Below the pieces are notes generated by a model, which was given only the letters and a program-made list of their open reading frames with translations, was not told the DNA's origin and made no database searches. The position numbers and the translations under genes were made by a program. From contig DXWI01000013.1 in the NCBI GenBank assembly GCA_019416935.1, forward strand, positions 2,351-66,350: DNA of 64,000 nt. Reading direction: 5' to 3'. The DNA is from Clostridiales bacterium. Its GTDB lineage: Bacteria; Bacillota; Clostridia; Christensenellales; CAG-138. This document shows positions 9,137 to 18,419 of the stretch, in pieces (the first letter of the stretch is position 1; every line of letters begins with the position of its first letter).

Positions 9137-9589
9137 TCAATGCTCGGCACGCTTTGCGTCCTCGCTGGTCTGGTGCACGGTGCCGTGCGGATGATGCGGC
9201 GGCGCATACACGGAGGATAGCTTCAGCGGGCCGTCGCCGGTGTTGACAATGTTGTGCCAAGTGTTGCAGGGGACGAACAGGGCATCGCCGGCGAACAGGC
9301 ACCAGTGCGTCTCCAGCCGGGCGCGGCAGCAACCCAGCTCGACCATGCACTGCCCCTCCTCCACGCGAATGTATTGATCGGTCTCCGGATGCACCTCAAG
9401 ACCGATTTCACCGCACGGCGGAATACACATGAGTGTCATCTGCAAATGGCAGCCGGTCCACAGCGCTGTACGAAACGCTGCGTTCTGCCTTGCGGTTCTG
9501 CAAATCGGGACGGCGAACGGTACCGGTCCACGGTCAAATGTCAGACTGCGATGGGGAAAGCTACGCTTCCCTGATAGATTTTTGCGCAT
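9137..9589 (-). CDS. cupin domain protein
   Basis: Trimmed to MRKNLSG after the RBS AAGGAAG. Cupin motifs: FRTALWTGCHLQMTLMCIPPCGEIGLEVHPETDQYIRVEEG...VPCNTWHNIVN. Confidence 0.8.
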   Translation of the reverse strand: MRKNLSGKRSFPHRSLTFDRGPVPFAVPICRTARQNAAFRTALWTGCHLQMTLMCIPPCGEIGLEVHPETDQYIRVEEGQCMVELGCCRARLETHWCLFAGDALFVPCNTWHNIVNTGDGPLKLSSVYAPPHHPHGTVHQTSEDAKRAEH

Positions 9590-9724
9590 ACCATTCTTCC
9601 TTTCAGCAGCGGTTATTTCATGCTGCATACTATGCTGCATTCGGCCCGCCGCGTTCTATTTCCATGGCGGTACGAGCATTTTGTTATGCGCTATCGCTTG
9701 AATTTGTTGTCTTTGACCGAAAGT

Positions 9725-9751
9725 TAAAAAGAAGCGCCCTTAAGAGCGCTC
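9725..9751 (-). terminator. putative terminator after the creatininase-family gene
   Basis: The minus strand reads GAGCGCTCTTAAGGGCGCTTC followed by TTTTTAAC. Confidence 0.5.
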
Positions 9752-9776
9752 CGAATTCTGTATCCCGTTCTATTGC

Positions 9777-10547
9777 TCAGTGAGCGGCCGTCCCTTCATG
9801 AAATACTTCCGAAAGAAACGCCGCAACCGCGGTTACGCCACACTCGATGAGCTCCCTGCCCTTTTCGGCGGAGGCCGCTGTGGTGTCGCCCCACGCGCCG
9901 CCTTGGCAATAGGCGCGGAAATTGCTGTACGTCCGAAACGGCGTTCCGTTCCAGCGACTGACCGCCTCCAGCCCCGGCAGGGGCTTTTCGCATGCCGCCC
10001 GTTCCATGCGCATCTGTTCGCCGCACAGCGCCAACGCAACGCTCGTAATCAGCTCGGCGCCATGGCCGCGTCCGTTCTGCTGGTCTGCGAGCAGCTCGCC
10101 GCCGCGCATGCCCACGGCCGCCCACCAGTCCGCCGTTGCAGCGGCATATCCCTGCGCCGTCAACCGGCGGCACACGGCTGAAGCAGCAAAGCCATTGAGC
10201 GAATGGACGTTCAGGAACAGCACCGCGCGCGCACCGCAGGTTTGCAGCAGCGAGGATGCCACGGCATATATATAGGCCTCCAGTGCATCGACCGGCACGT
10301 GCACCGTACCGTCCATGCCGCAAAACTCAGCGGTATCCCCATAGGGGATCGCCGGCGCAACGAGACAGCCCGTGCGCCGCGCAATCAAGGGGGCAACAGC
10401 CTGCGCCACCGTCAAATCCAGCCCCACCGGCCCGTGCGCGCCCAGAATCTCGATCGACGCCAACGGCAGGATGATTGCGGGCGCTTTGGCCGCTCGCGCT
10501 CTGATATCCGCAGCGGTCAGTTTTTGCAGCATGCATTCCTGTTCCAT
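9777..10547 (-). CDS. creatininase-family amidohydrolase
   Basis: PAIILPLASIEILGAHGPVGLDLTV...AIPYGDT...LFLNVHSLNG is typical of PF02633. RBS GGGAG lies 7 nt upstream. Confidence 0.85.
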   Translation of the reverse strand: MEQECMLQKLTAADIRARAAKAPAIILPLASIEILGAHGPVGLDLTVAQAVAPLIARRTGCLVAPAIPYGDTAEFCGMDGTVHVPVDALEAYIYAVASSLLQTCGARAVLFLNVHSLNGFAASAVCRRLTAQGYAAATADWWAAVGMRGGELLADQQNGRGHGAELITSVALALCGEQMRMERAACEKPLPGLEAVSRWNGTPFRTYSNFRAYCQGGAWGDTTAASAEKGRELIECGVTAVAAFLSEVFHEGTAAH

Positions 10548-10560
10548 TCGTCCGCTCCCT

Positions 10561-11595
10561 TCAATCGCGCGGCTTGATCGCGACCGGCTTGCCCGTCATC
10601 GCCGATTGTGTCACGGCCAGCGCAACATCCATCGAACGGCAGGCGTCCGGAATATCGCTGCGAACCGGCGTACCCAACCGGATGGCGTCGATGAATTCGT
10701 TCCACTCCTCATGGAACGGATGGTGATCGACCGAACCGGAGTTGGGCTCGATCATGGGCAATTCGACCCAATCGTTCTGCTGCGGGAACAACGATTTGGA
10801 ATAAAGCTTGCCGTTGCGGATCGCGCCGCCGGTACCAAGCAGATCGATATTGAACTGGTAGGGGAACGCCAGTCCATCCAGCGAGGCCGACATGCGGCCC
10901 ACGCTGCCGTTGCAGAAGCGCACCGATGCGGAGATCGTCGTATCAAAGTCAAAATCGGGCCGGCCCGGACTTGCAAACGCACACACCTCCGCCACCTCGC
11001 CGTTGAGATAGCGCGCAGCGTCCGCCGCGTGGCAGCCGCCGGTGATCATCGCGCCGCCCGCAAATTCGCGCTTACGAATCCAGGGATAGCTTGAGAAAGT
11101 GGGCTTGATGCCGTGCCAGTAATCCGTACCGGCGTAATACACGTCCCCGATCGCGCCGGATTTCACCAGTTGTTTGAGGTTTGCCACGAGCGGCACCCAG
11201 CGAATCAGGAAACTGACCACCGTTTTTTTATCGGTTTTCACCGCAGCATGATACAGCGCGTCCGTTTCCTCGGGCGTAATGCCGACCGGCTTTTCCAAAA
11301 CAAGGTGTTTGCCGGCATTCAGCGCGAGAAGGCTCTCTTTCGCGTGCAGATAGTTGGGCATGCACTCGACCACGATCTCGACCGCCTCGTTATCCAACAT
11401 GTCTTCATAACGGTCGTATGCCTTCGCGCCGGGCGCGACCCGCTCGATCAGCGCCTGCGCCTTCTCGACAGAGCGACCGCAGACCGCCGCCACATAGACA
11501 TACGGATTATCCCGGATTGCCTCCGCGTGCTGCACGGCGACCTGACCGGTCCCGCGGATGCCAACACCTAGCAACCCCTCTCGAAACTGTGCCAT
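10561..11595 (-). CDS. Gfo/Idh/MocA family oxidoreductase
   Basis: N-terminal Rossmann fold LGVGIRGTGQVAVQHAEAI and ECMPNYLHAKESLLALNAGKHLVLEKP. Confidence 0.9.
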   Translation of the reverse strand: MAQFREGLLGVGIRGTGQVAVQHAEAIRDNPYVYVAAVCGRSVEKAQALIERVAPGAKAYDRYEDMLDNEAVEIVVECMPNYLHAKESLLALNAGKHLVLEKPVGITPEETDALYHAAVKTDKKTVVSFLIRWVPLVANLKQLVKSGAIGDVYYAGTDYWHGIKPTFSSYPWIRKREFAGGAMITGGCHAADAARYLNGEVAEVCAFASPGRPDFDFDTTISASVRFCNGSVGRMSASLDGLAFPYQFNIDLLGTGGAIRNGKLYSKSLFPQQNDWVELPMIEPNSGSVDHHPFHEEWNEFIDAIRLGTPVRSDIPDACRSMDVALAVTQSAMTGKPVAIKPRD

Positions 11596-11596
11596 A

Positions 11597-12361
11597 TTAT
11601 TTCACCTCAAGCATGTTGTAGATATCGAGGGAATATCTGCTGAACTCCGGCAGCAGCTTCTGTTCCAGCGTTCTTGGGCGCGGCAGATCGATCTCAACCG
11701 CGCCGACCATGCGGGACGGGCGCGCAGAGAGCACCACAACGCGGTCGGACAGGAACACGGCCTCGTTGATCTCATGCGTGACAAACAGAACCGTTTTCTT
11801 CGCCTCGGCCCAGATGCGCAGCAGCTCAAAATTCATCTTCTCGCGCGTGATCGCATCCAAAGCGCCGAAGGGTTCGTCCATCAGGATGAGCTTCGGATCG
11901 TGGATCAATGCGCGCGCAATCGAAACGCGCTGCTGCATGCCGCCCGACAGCTCATTGGGATAGCAGCGCTCGAAACCCTTCAGGCCGACGAGCTCCAACA
12001 ATTCCATGGCGCGGGAGACATACTTCTTCCGGTCTAGCTTCAAAATTTCAATGGGCAGCAGGACATTATCGATCACCCTGCGCCAATCGAGCAGCAACGC
12101 CTTCTGGAAGACGAAGCCGACCTCCTTCTGCGGATCGAATTCTTCTTTATCAACGATCAACTCGCCGGAGGTCTGTGGCATGAGACCCGCGATGATGCGC
12201 ATCAGCGTGGTCTTGCCGCAGCCGGACGGGCCGACAATGCTTACAAATTCCTGAACTCCTACGTCGAAGGACACGCTGCCAAGCGCCTCGAGCTCGCCCT
12301 CGCGGGTGGTATAGACCTTTTTCAGGTTACGGATCGACAACAGCGTCTTTTTCTCTTCCAT
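11597..12361 (-). CDS. ABC transporter ATP-binding protein (NitT/TauT-type)
   Basis: Walker A GPSGCGKTT, signature LSGGMQQRV, Walker B LILMDEPF. Confidence 0.9.
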   Translation of the reverse strand: MEEKKTLLSIRNLKKVYTTREGELEALGSVSFDVGVQEFVSIVGPSGCGKTTLMRIIAGLMPQTSGELIVDKEEFDPQKEVGFVFQKALLLDWRRVIDNVLLPIEILKLDRKKYVSRAMELLELVGLKGFERCYPNELSGGMQQRVSIARALIHDPKLILMDEPFGALDAITREKMNFELLRIWAEAKKTVLFVTHEINEAVFLSDRVVVLSARPSRMVGAVEIDLPRPRTLEQKLLPEFSRYSLDIYNMLEVK

Positions 12362-12398
12362 GATGACCGCTCTTTCTATCAGCTTCTGTTTCGTGGAT

Positions 12399-12427
12399 GC
12401 TGCGCCGCCGCAGTACGGCGGCGCAGC
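12399..12427 (-). other. intra-operon stem-loop after the binding-protein gene
   Basis: Perfect 12-bp GC-rich stem GCTGCGCCGCCG/CGGCGGCGCAGC with a 5-nt loop and no U-tract. Confidence 0.5.
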
Positions 12428-12451
12428 GCTTCCGGTTGGATTTAGGGAATG

Positions 12452-13537
12452 TTATTCCATCTCAAAGTTGGTGTACGGGGTTTCCGGCAGGAAGCTCGCA
12501 TCGTAGATTTCTTCCACACCGAAGCTCAGCTCGGTCTGGTAGTTGTTGACCAGATCGTAGGTCTGCTGCATCTTGGCCGGATCAATGTAGCCAATGCCGT
12601 TGTCCTTGTAGTTCTGCGTCTTGAGGAACTTGTACTCAATCTGCAAGGATTTGAGCAGGTCGTCCTTGTTGATGGAGTGATACTTGGACAGAATCTCAAT
12701 GGCTTCTTCGGAGTTGTTCAGCGTATACTCCCATGCGCGGTACGTTACATCGAGGAACGTCTTGAGCATTTCGGGATCGTTGGCGATGGTTTCATCGCTG
12801 GCGATATAGGAATGCGCATAGCACTGGAAGCCATAGTCCGCCCACAGGAAGTTGCTGAAGCCGCCATCCGGAATGGCGCTCTCAAAGTTCGGATATCCGG
12901 TGAGCAGTTCGAACACGACGTCCGCATTGTGCGAAGCCAGCGCGGAAACCTTGGCCGTGGACTCGATGTTGACAAATTCAACACTGTTCGGATCGACGCC
13001 GATCATGGCGGCGAATGCCGGCCACATGACCTTATGGCCATCGGTCTCGGGAACGGCGACCGTCTTGCCGACGATGTCCGCCGGGGAAGTCATGCCGCTG
13101 TCATCCCAGAAGTACATGGAGTTGGGATGGTTATCAAAGATGATGCCGATGATCTTCGCCTTGGCGTCCTGCGCACGATACTGGAACACGACGGGCGCAT
13201 CCGCAATGGCGATGTCGGCCGTACCGGCGTCGATGGCCGTCACGGAATAGCCGGAGCCCTGACCGATGATGATGTTGACGTCAAGACCGGCTTCCTTGTA
13301 CCAGCCCTTATCCAGCGCCACGTAGTACGGGCTGTGGTCGGCGGCGATGGTCCAGTTCAGCAGGAAGTCCACCTTCTTGAGTTCTTCGGGTGCATCCGTG
13401 GGATCGGCGGGCTCGGTTGCAGGCGCGTTGGTGGCCTCGGGTGCATCGGTCGGGTCTGCGGGCGCATTTGTCTGTGCGCAGGCCACCAGACTGACGGCCA
13501 TCGCCAGAACCAGCAGCAGTGACAACAGTTTCTTCAT
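12452..13537 (-). CDS. ABC transporter substrate-binding lipoprotein, NMT1/THI5-like
   Basis: Trimmed to MKKLLSLLLVLAMAVSLVACAQ (lipobox) after the RBS GGAGGA. NMT1-type core: LLNWTIAADHSPYYVALDKGWYKEAGLDV. Confidence 0.9.
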   Translation of the reverse strand: MKKLLSLLLVLAMAVSLVACAQTNAPADPTDAPEATNAPATEPADPTDAPEELKKVDFLLNWTIAADHSPYYVALDKGWYKEAGLDVNIIIGQGSGYSVTAIDAGTADIAIADAPVVFQYRAQDAKAKIIGIIFDNHPNSMYFWDDSGMTSPADIVGKTVAVPETDGHKVMWPAFAAMIGVDPNSVEFVNIESTAKVSALASHNADVVFELLTGYPNFESAIPDGGFSNFLWADYGFQCYAHSYIASDETIANDPEMLKTFLDVTYRAWEYTLNNSEEAIEILSKYHSINKDDLLKSLQIEYKFLKTQNYKDNGIGYIDPAKMQQTYDLVNNYQTELSFGVEEIYDASFLPETPYTNFEME

Positions 13538-13652
13538 GATCGTTCCTCCTTCATAGTTCTTTGGTTTTGTTTTGTTCTCTCCTGCCGATGCTTGCCGCAG
13601 CATCCGCCGCAGCACCGGCGAAGATATTTGGAAATCGTGAACGCATCGTTGA

Positions 13653-14474
13653 TTATGCGTCCACGCGCTCCTTCACAAAGTTCCACGGCATCAGCAGGCG
13701 CTCAGACAGCGAAACCAACAGATACATGCCCCAGCCGAGCATGCTCATCATGATCAGCGATGCGAACATCGGCGGCGTGTCCATGGTGAGCTGCGCATTG
13801 ACGATCACATAGCCAAGGCCCTTATCCGAGGCGATCAATTCGCCCACGATCACGCCCATGATACACAGCGAGCTGCTGATCTTAAGACCGGAGAAGATAT
13901 AGGGCAGCGCGCCGGGCAGTTGGATTTTGAACAGGATCTGCCAGCGGTTTGCGCCCAGATAACGCACCAGATCGATCAGCTGCCGGTCCTGCGCGTTGAG
14001 GCCGGTCACGGTGTTGATGACCATCGGGAAAAAGCTGATCAGGAACGCAATGAGCACGTTGGTCTTGAGTCCGTAACCGATCCAGATCAAAAGAATCGGC
14101 GCGATGGCAATCATCGGCAGGGAACTGATGAAAATGAATGCTGGCATCAGGATGTTCTGCACCGCCTTCGACCAGACGATCAGGATGGCCAGCGCAATGC
14201 CGCCGGCGGCGACGACCGCAAAGCTGATGGCATACTCCTTGAGCGTGACCAGAATGTTGAGCGCCCAATGATAGTTGGCGTCCGGCTGCGGTACGAACAG
14301 GTGGTAGAATGCGCTCGACGGCGTGCAGAGGAACGCCTCCTGCACTTGGAACACGCGCACAAGCACCTCCCAGATGACGAGGAACAGCACGATGGAAATG
14401 ATGTTCTGCAATCCCTTCATGGGCTTTGCGCCATGCTTGGGCAGCATGCTGCCCTTCTGAACCTTACTCTTCAT
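13653..14474 (-). CDS. ABC transporter permease
   Basis: BPD_transp_1-type permease with an EAA-like loop DLVRYLGANRWQILFKIQLPGALPY. Confidence 0.9.
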   Translation of the reverse strand: MKSKVQKGSMLPKHGAKPMKGLQNIISIVLFLVIWEVLVRVFQVQEAFLCTPSSAFYHLFVPQPDANYHWALNILVTLKEYAISFAVVAAGGIALAILIVWSKAVQNILMPAFIFISSLPMIAIAPILLIWIGYGLKTNVLIAFLISFFPMVINTVTGLNAQDRQLIDLVRYLGANRWQILFKIQLPGALPYIFSGLKISSSLCIMGVIVGELIASDKGLGYVIVNAQLTMDTPPMFASLIMMSMLGWGMYLLVSLSERLLMPWNFVKERVDA

Positions 14475-14477
14475 GGA

Positions 14478-15272
14478 CTATTCCTCCAGTTCCGTTCTGT
14501 TCGCCCACGGCATGCACAGATGCTCTGCAACCGAGATCATGCGGAAGAACAGCAAGCCGATGGCCGCCAGCAAAAGCAGGCAGGCAAACATGGTCGCCAT
14601 GTCGATGTTGGCCTGTGCGGAACGCAGCAGACGGCCCAGTCCGCTCTTGGATGCAATGAACTCGCCGACAATCGAGCCGGTGACGCACATGGTCGCGCTC
14701 GTTTTGATGCCCGCGAACAGATGCGGCAGCGCATTGGGGATACGGATCTTTACGAAAATCTGCGCCTTGGTCGCGCCGAGATACCCCACCAGATCCAACA
14801 GGTTGTCGTCGATCTCGATGAGCCCCGTCACCGTATTGATGACGACAGGGAAGAACGCAACCAACACCGCAACGAAGATATTCGTTTTAAGGCCATAGCC
14901 GAACCAGAGCAGGAACAGCGGCGCAAGCGCGATCTTCGGGATGGAGTTAAGCAGTACGATCACCGGCATGATGAGCTTGTTGAGCGGCTTGGACCATGCG
15001 ATCAGGAGCGCCAGCAGCACGCCGGCCACCAGCGTGACCAGAAAGCTGAGCAGAATTTCGCTCGCGGTCGTGCCGATGTTGAGCCACCAGTTGTTCTTCG
15101 CGGCCATAGCCGGATCGAACAAACTTTTGAACACCAGCAGCGGCGAGGGCAGCACATATTTCTTGATGTGAAAGATTTCAATGGCTCCCTGCCAGATGCC
15201 GAGCACAGCCAGTACGCCGACAATCTTCCAGAGAACGGACTTTGCGCGCCGGAACGTCTTGGACTTTTTCAT
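14478..15272 (-). CDS. ABC transporter permease
   Basis: Paralogue of the neighbouring permease, with DLVGYLGATKAQIFVKIRIPNALPH. Its ATG overlaps the TGA of the upstream gene. Confidence 0.9.
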   Translation of the reverse strand: MKKSKTFRRAKSVLWKIVGVLAVLGIWQGAIEIFHIKKYVLPSPLLVFKSLFDPAMAAKNNWWLNIGTTASEILLSFLVTLVAGVLLALLIAWSKPLNKLIMPVIVLLNSIPKIALAPLFLLWFGYGLKTNIFVAVLVAFFPVVINTVTGLIEIDDNLLDLVGYLGATKAQIFVKIRIPNALPHLFAGIKTSATMCVTGSIVGEFIASKSGLGRLLRSAQANIDMATMFACLLLLAAIGLLFFRMISVAEHLCMPWANRTELEE

Positions 15273-16666
15273 GCTTTCTCCCCCTCCGCTTCCGCAGCCT
15301 GTCGGATCTCTTCAAGCCGGTACCCAAACCCGGTGCAGCCGAGCGATTCCAGCGAAACGCAGCCGTGATTGCGCTTGTACAGACCGGGATGAATGCGTGC
15401 CTCGTCGCGCGAGGCGTCCGGACAGAACTGCATGGAATTGACCTCCACGCCCATGATCGTGCCGGCGTTGGCAGCGAGCAGAACGTGCGGTATGATCGCC
15501 AGACGCGGATTCGTCAAATCCTGCACCATGATGGCCATGCCGTGCTGCCGCGCCCAACAGAGCGAGAGCATCGCGCCGGTCAGCGTTTTGCAGGTCTTGA
15601 GCGCGACGCCGTTCCAGCCCAGCGCATAGCCCTGCGCCACGAAGCGCCAGTCGTGCGCGCTCTCGTCCATGAGCAGGAGCTTGCGCCCGCTGACCGCGTG
15701 CACATCGATGCGATGCTTCTCGAGATCATAGGGAAAGGGCTGCTCGACATACAGGATGCGGTCGAAGATCGCTGGCTCCTCCGCCTTGAGACGGTCAAGC
15801 ATATCGCATACATACTCCGGTTCTTCCACGGTGCAGTTGAAATCCGTGGTCAGGTTTTCGATATTCTTTTTCAATGCGATACGACCAACGCGGACAATCC
15901 GCTCGTAATCCCAGGCTGCATCGTTTCCGGTCAGCTTGATCTTGAGGTTTTTCAACCCATCGCGATCGATCCAGTCCTCCAAAAGGACGGGGTACGCATC
16001 CCTCGGTTCCTTGCCGGTCAGGTCGTCCACGGTCAACGGATCCTTGCCGCCGACGAGATGGCACGCGGCGATCGAGGTCGGCGCCTTGCCACGCGGCACG
16101 AGATACGCCTCCGGATACCGGCCCTGAAACGCGGAACGGTATTCCTCCGTATAATAAGCAGACAAATCCCGATTCATGTACCTGGCGTTGAAGCAGTCGA
16201 ACACGGGAATTTGGTGGAGCTTTCCATACGCGTCATAGAGCGCCAGATCGAACGCCGAGCAGCACACCAGCGCCGCCAGATACGGCATCTGCTCCGCCTC
16301 GGGTCGATTTGCGTTCTCTTTGGTCAGGCATTCGCCAAGCCGCGCCTCGAGAAAATGCGCGCCGATCTCCATCGGATGGCCGACGGTGGTTTCCTGCCGC
16401 CATGCCGCGCCCAGCGTCGTGCAAAAGGCGCGCATCCGCTGCACGCGCGTTTTCTGGGACAGCTCGCTCGGCCAGCTCCATGCGGCGGCCAGCGGCGTTT
16501 CGCCGTGTCCGCAGGCGGTGCGCCCATCCTCGCCCTGCAGGGTCACGCGCACAAGCACGGTTTCCCCGCCGGTTGACACTTCATGTCCGAATTTGAGCGG
16601 CACACGGTTGTCGTACCGAAAAAACGCGGTCGTTACATCCACAATAGCAGCATTCATTCCATTCAT
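15269..16666 (-). CDS. enolase-superfamily enzyme (muconate-lactonizing/racemase-like subgroup)
   Basis: KIKLTG (KxK), TTDFN, YVEQPFP, LLMDES and ALKTCK fit the enolase-superfamily metal ligands and acid/base lysines. RBS GGAG. Confidence 0.8.
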   Translation of the reverse strand: MNGMNAAIVDVTTAFFRYDNRVPLKFGHEVSTGGETVLVRVTLQGEDGRTACGHGETPLAAAWSWPSELSQKTRVQRMRAFCTTLGAAWRQETTVGHPMEIGAHFLEARLGECLTKENANRPEAEQMPYLAALVCCSAFDLALYDAYGKLHQIPVFDCFNARYMNRDLSAYYTEEYRSAFQGRYPEAYLVPRGKAPTSIAACHLVGGKDPLTVDDLTGKEPRDAYPVLLEDWIDRDGLKNLKIKLTGNDAAWDYERIVRVGRIALKKNIENLTTDFNCTVEEPEYVCDMLDRLKAEEPAIFDRILYVEQPFPYDLEKHRIDVHAVSGRKLLLMDESAHDWRFVAQGYALGWNGVALKTCKTLTGAMLSLCWARQHGMAIMVQDLTNPRLAIIPHVLLAANAGTIMGVEVNSMQFCPDASRDEARIHPGLYKRNHGCVSLESLGCTGFGYRLEEIRQAAEAEGEKA

Positions 16667-16774
16667 GGGCTTACTCCGGTTCTATAATTCTCTGGTGGGG
16701 TGTTGAGAAATTTCAGTCGGTATGGATTCCATCCGATCGGTCGTCTACACCATTTTCGTTTACTGTGTATGGTT

Positions 16775-16803
16775 ATGGTAACACGATGCGTTTAATTTGT
16801 CAA
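16775..16803 (-). promoter_or_regulatory. putative promoter of the catabolic operon (TTGACA-17-TACCAT)
   Basis: Minus strand: TTGACA (16803-16798), a 17-nt spacer, TACCAT (16780-16775). Confidence 0.45.
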
Positions 16804-16818
16804 CCACGTGGACAAAAT
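16795..16818. promoter_or_regulatory. candidate operator (imperfect palindrome around CCACGTGG)
   Basis: ATTTGTCAACCACGTGGACAAAAT has a central perfect CCACGTGG flanked by TTTGTC / GACAAA. It overlaps the -35 of the operon promoter in the divergent region shared with the ROK regulator gene. Confidence 0.3.
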
Positions 16819-16883
16819 ATTCCTGATACAACAAATAATATGGCAATGAACTGAAAGTTTGCGGCCAAACCGTCTTTTTTCGG

Positions 16884-16912
16884 TTGTGTGGCTGCAAAAA
16901 CTTCGATATAAT
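16884..16912 (+). promoter_or_regulatory. putative promoter of the ROK regulator (TTGTGT-17-TATAAT), leaderless geometry
   Basis: TATAAT at 16907-16912. The ATG at 16920 lies 7 nt downstream with no SD. Confidence 0.4.
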
Positions 16913-16919
16913 GACAGGT

Positions 16920-18164
16920 ATGGAAATGTTGTCAAAACAAATCGAACAGCGAAACCAGAACAATGTTTTACAATGCATCGAGCAGGCCGGGGAAATCTCC
17001 CGCGCGGGCGTTGCCAAGCAGTTGGGACTCAGCCGCACCACGGTATCAAGCGCTGTTGCACGGCTGCTGGAGGCCGGGCTGGTATGTGAAGCCGATCAGG
17101 CGGATCCTTCTCAGAGCCGCGGCCGGCCCGGTATCCCGCTGTCGCTGACCACGGACATCTGGTACGCCGCCGGCGCGGCGTTGATCGACAATGAGATGCT
17201 GTTTGTCCTGACCGATTTGCGCGGCCGCATTGTAGACCGGTTGGCCGTTCCCGTAACGGACGGAACGTCGGACTCGTTCCTTCGCGCGCTTTCGGATGGA
17301 TTTGAGACGATCGTTGCCCGCTGTCCCGGCAAGCTGCTGCCCATGCTCGGCGTCGGCTCGCCCGGTATGATCAACCACGGCCGGATCTTCTGGGCGTCGG
17401 ATATGGGTTGGGAAAACATTCCCATCTCCGATCATCTCATGGGCGCGCTGGGGCTTCCCTCCACCGTGGTCAACCGCCACTGGGCAAGCTGCCTGAGTGA
17501 ATACCACTTTGGCGTCGGCAAGGGCATCCAAAGCCTCATCTATGTGGGTATCAGCACCGGTATTGCGGCCTCCATCATCCTTGACGGCAAGCTGTTCACC
17601 GGCGCATACCACAACGCGGGCGAAATCGGCCATACGGTTGTGAACCGAAACGGCCCGCGATGCAGCTGCGGCCGGCGCGGGTGCCTGCACGCCATCGCTT
17701 CCGAGCTGGCGCTGCGCAAGCATGTCAGCGAATACTATATCGCCCACCCCGGCCCGGCCGCCGTGCCGGATCCGCTGTGGGCGACCGTTCAGACGGGCGA
17801 CCAGCCAGATATACATTCCATCTGCCGCGCCGCGGCAGCGGGGCATCCGGTGGCGCTCTCCGAGCTGCAAACCGCAGCGCTGTATCTGGGTCTATCGATC
17901 AGTAATTTGACCAGCATGTTCAACCCGCAGTGCGTCATCGTCGGCGGTTCGCTGATCGATCACGGCGGAAAGCTGCTGACCGATCTGATCATCGACAGCG
18001 TGCGCGCGCACGGCAGCGCCGACACGCTCGACGCCGTTGAAATACGCCCCTGGTCGCTCGGCCGCTATTCCGGCGCGCTCGGCGCGGCGCGGTTGGTGCT
18101 CGATCAAAAGCGCACGTTAGCGACGTCCCGCATGCCGTCGGAGGATGCGCGGACCCCAGCCTAG
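16920..18164 (+). CDS. ROK family transcriptional regulator
   Basis: MEMLSKQIEQRNQNNVLQCIEQAGEISRAGVAKQLGLSRTTVSSAVARLLEAGLV (wHTH) plus a ROK sugar-kinase-like domain with CSCGRRGCLH. Alternative starts at 16911 and 16926. Confidence 0.85.
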   Translation: MEMLSKQIEQRNQNNVLQCIEQAGEISRAGVAKQLGLSRTTVSSAVARLLEAGLVCEADQADPSQSRGRPGIPLSLTTDIWYAAGAALIDNEMLFVLTDLRGRIVDRLAVPVTDGTSDSFLRALSDGFETIVARCPGKLLPMLGVGSPGMINHGRIFWASDMGWENIPISDHLMGALGLPSTVVNRHWASCLSEYHFGVGKGIQSLIYVGISTGIAASIILDGKLFTGAYHNAGEIGHTVVNRNGPRCSCGRRGCLHAIASELALRKHVSEYYIAHPGPAAVPDPLWATVQTGDQPDIHSICRAAAAGHPVALSELQTAALYLGLSISNLTSMFNPQCVIVGGSLIDHGGKLLTDLIIDSVRAHGSADTLDAVEIRPWSLGRYSGALGAARLVLDQKRTLATSRMPSEDARTPA

Positions 18165-18262
18165 GCGCGGCTGTATCCCTGAAGGTGCAGCGGCGGTCCG
18201 CGCGTCGGGTTTTGTTCCGGCCGTTTTGGACGGCATGCCCGTCCGTATACTGCAATCAAAAT

Positions 18263-18305
18263 AAACACGCCCGTTTTTCCAAGCAAGAGGGGCGTGTTTT
18301 TGTTT
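18263..18305 (+). terminator. rho-independent terminator
   Basis: AAACACGCCC...GGGCGTGTTT stem followed by TTGTTTGTTT. Confidence 0.7.
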
Positions 18306-18419
18306 GTTTCTGTATTGGTTTTATAAAACGGCCTATTTGGAGGCGCTGCGGCAGATGCACTCCGGCTTTTATGCCGGTCGTCAGGGGTGATATCGGGAAG
18401 CGGTGCCCCTCCCCGCTCC

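Noticed and set aside
13920-16576. Long plus-strand ORFs (13920..15368 and 15242..16576) across the ABC permease and enolase-family genes
   Set aside because: They are antisense to genes with clear permease and enolase-superfamily motifs. The translated products are Arg/Asp/His-rich nonsense.
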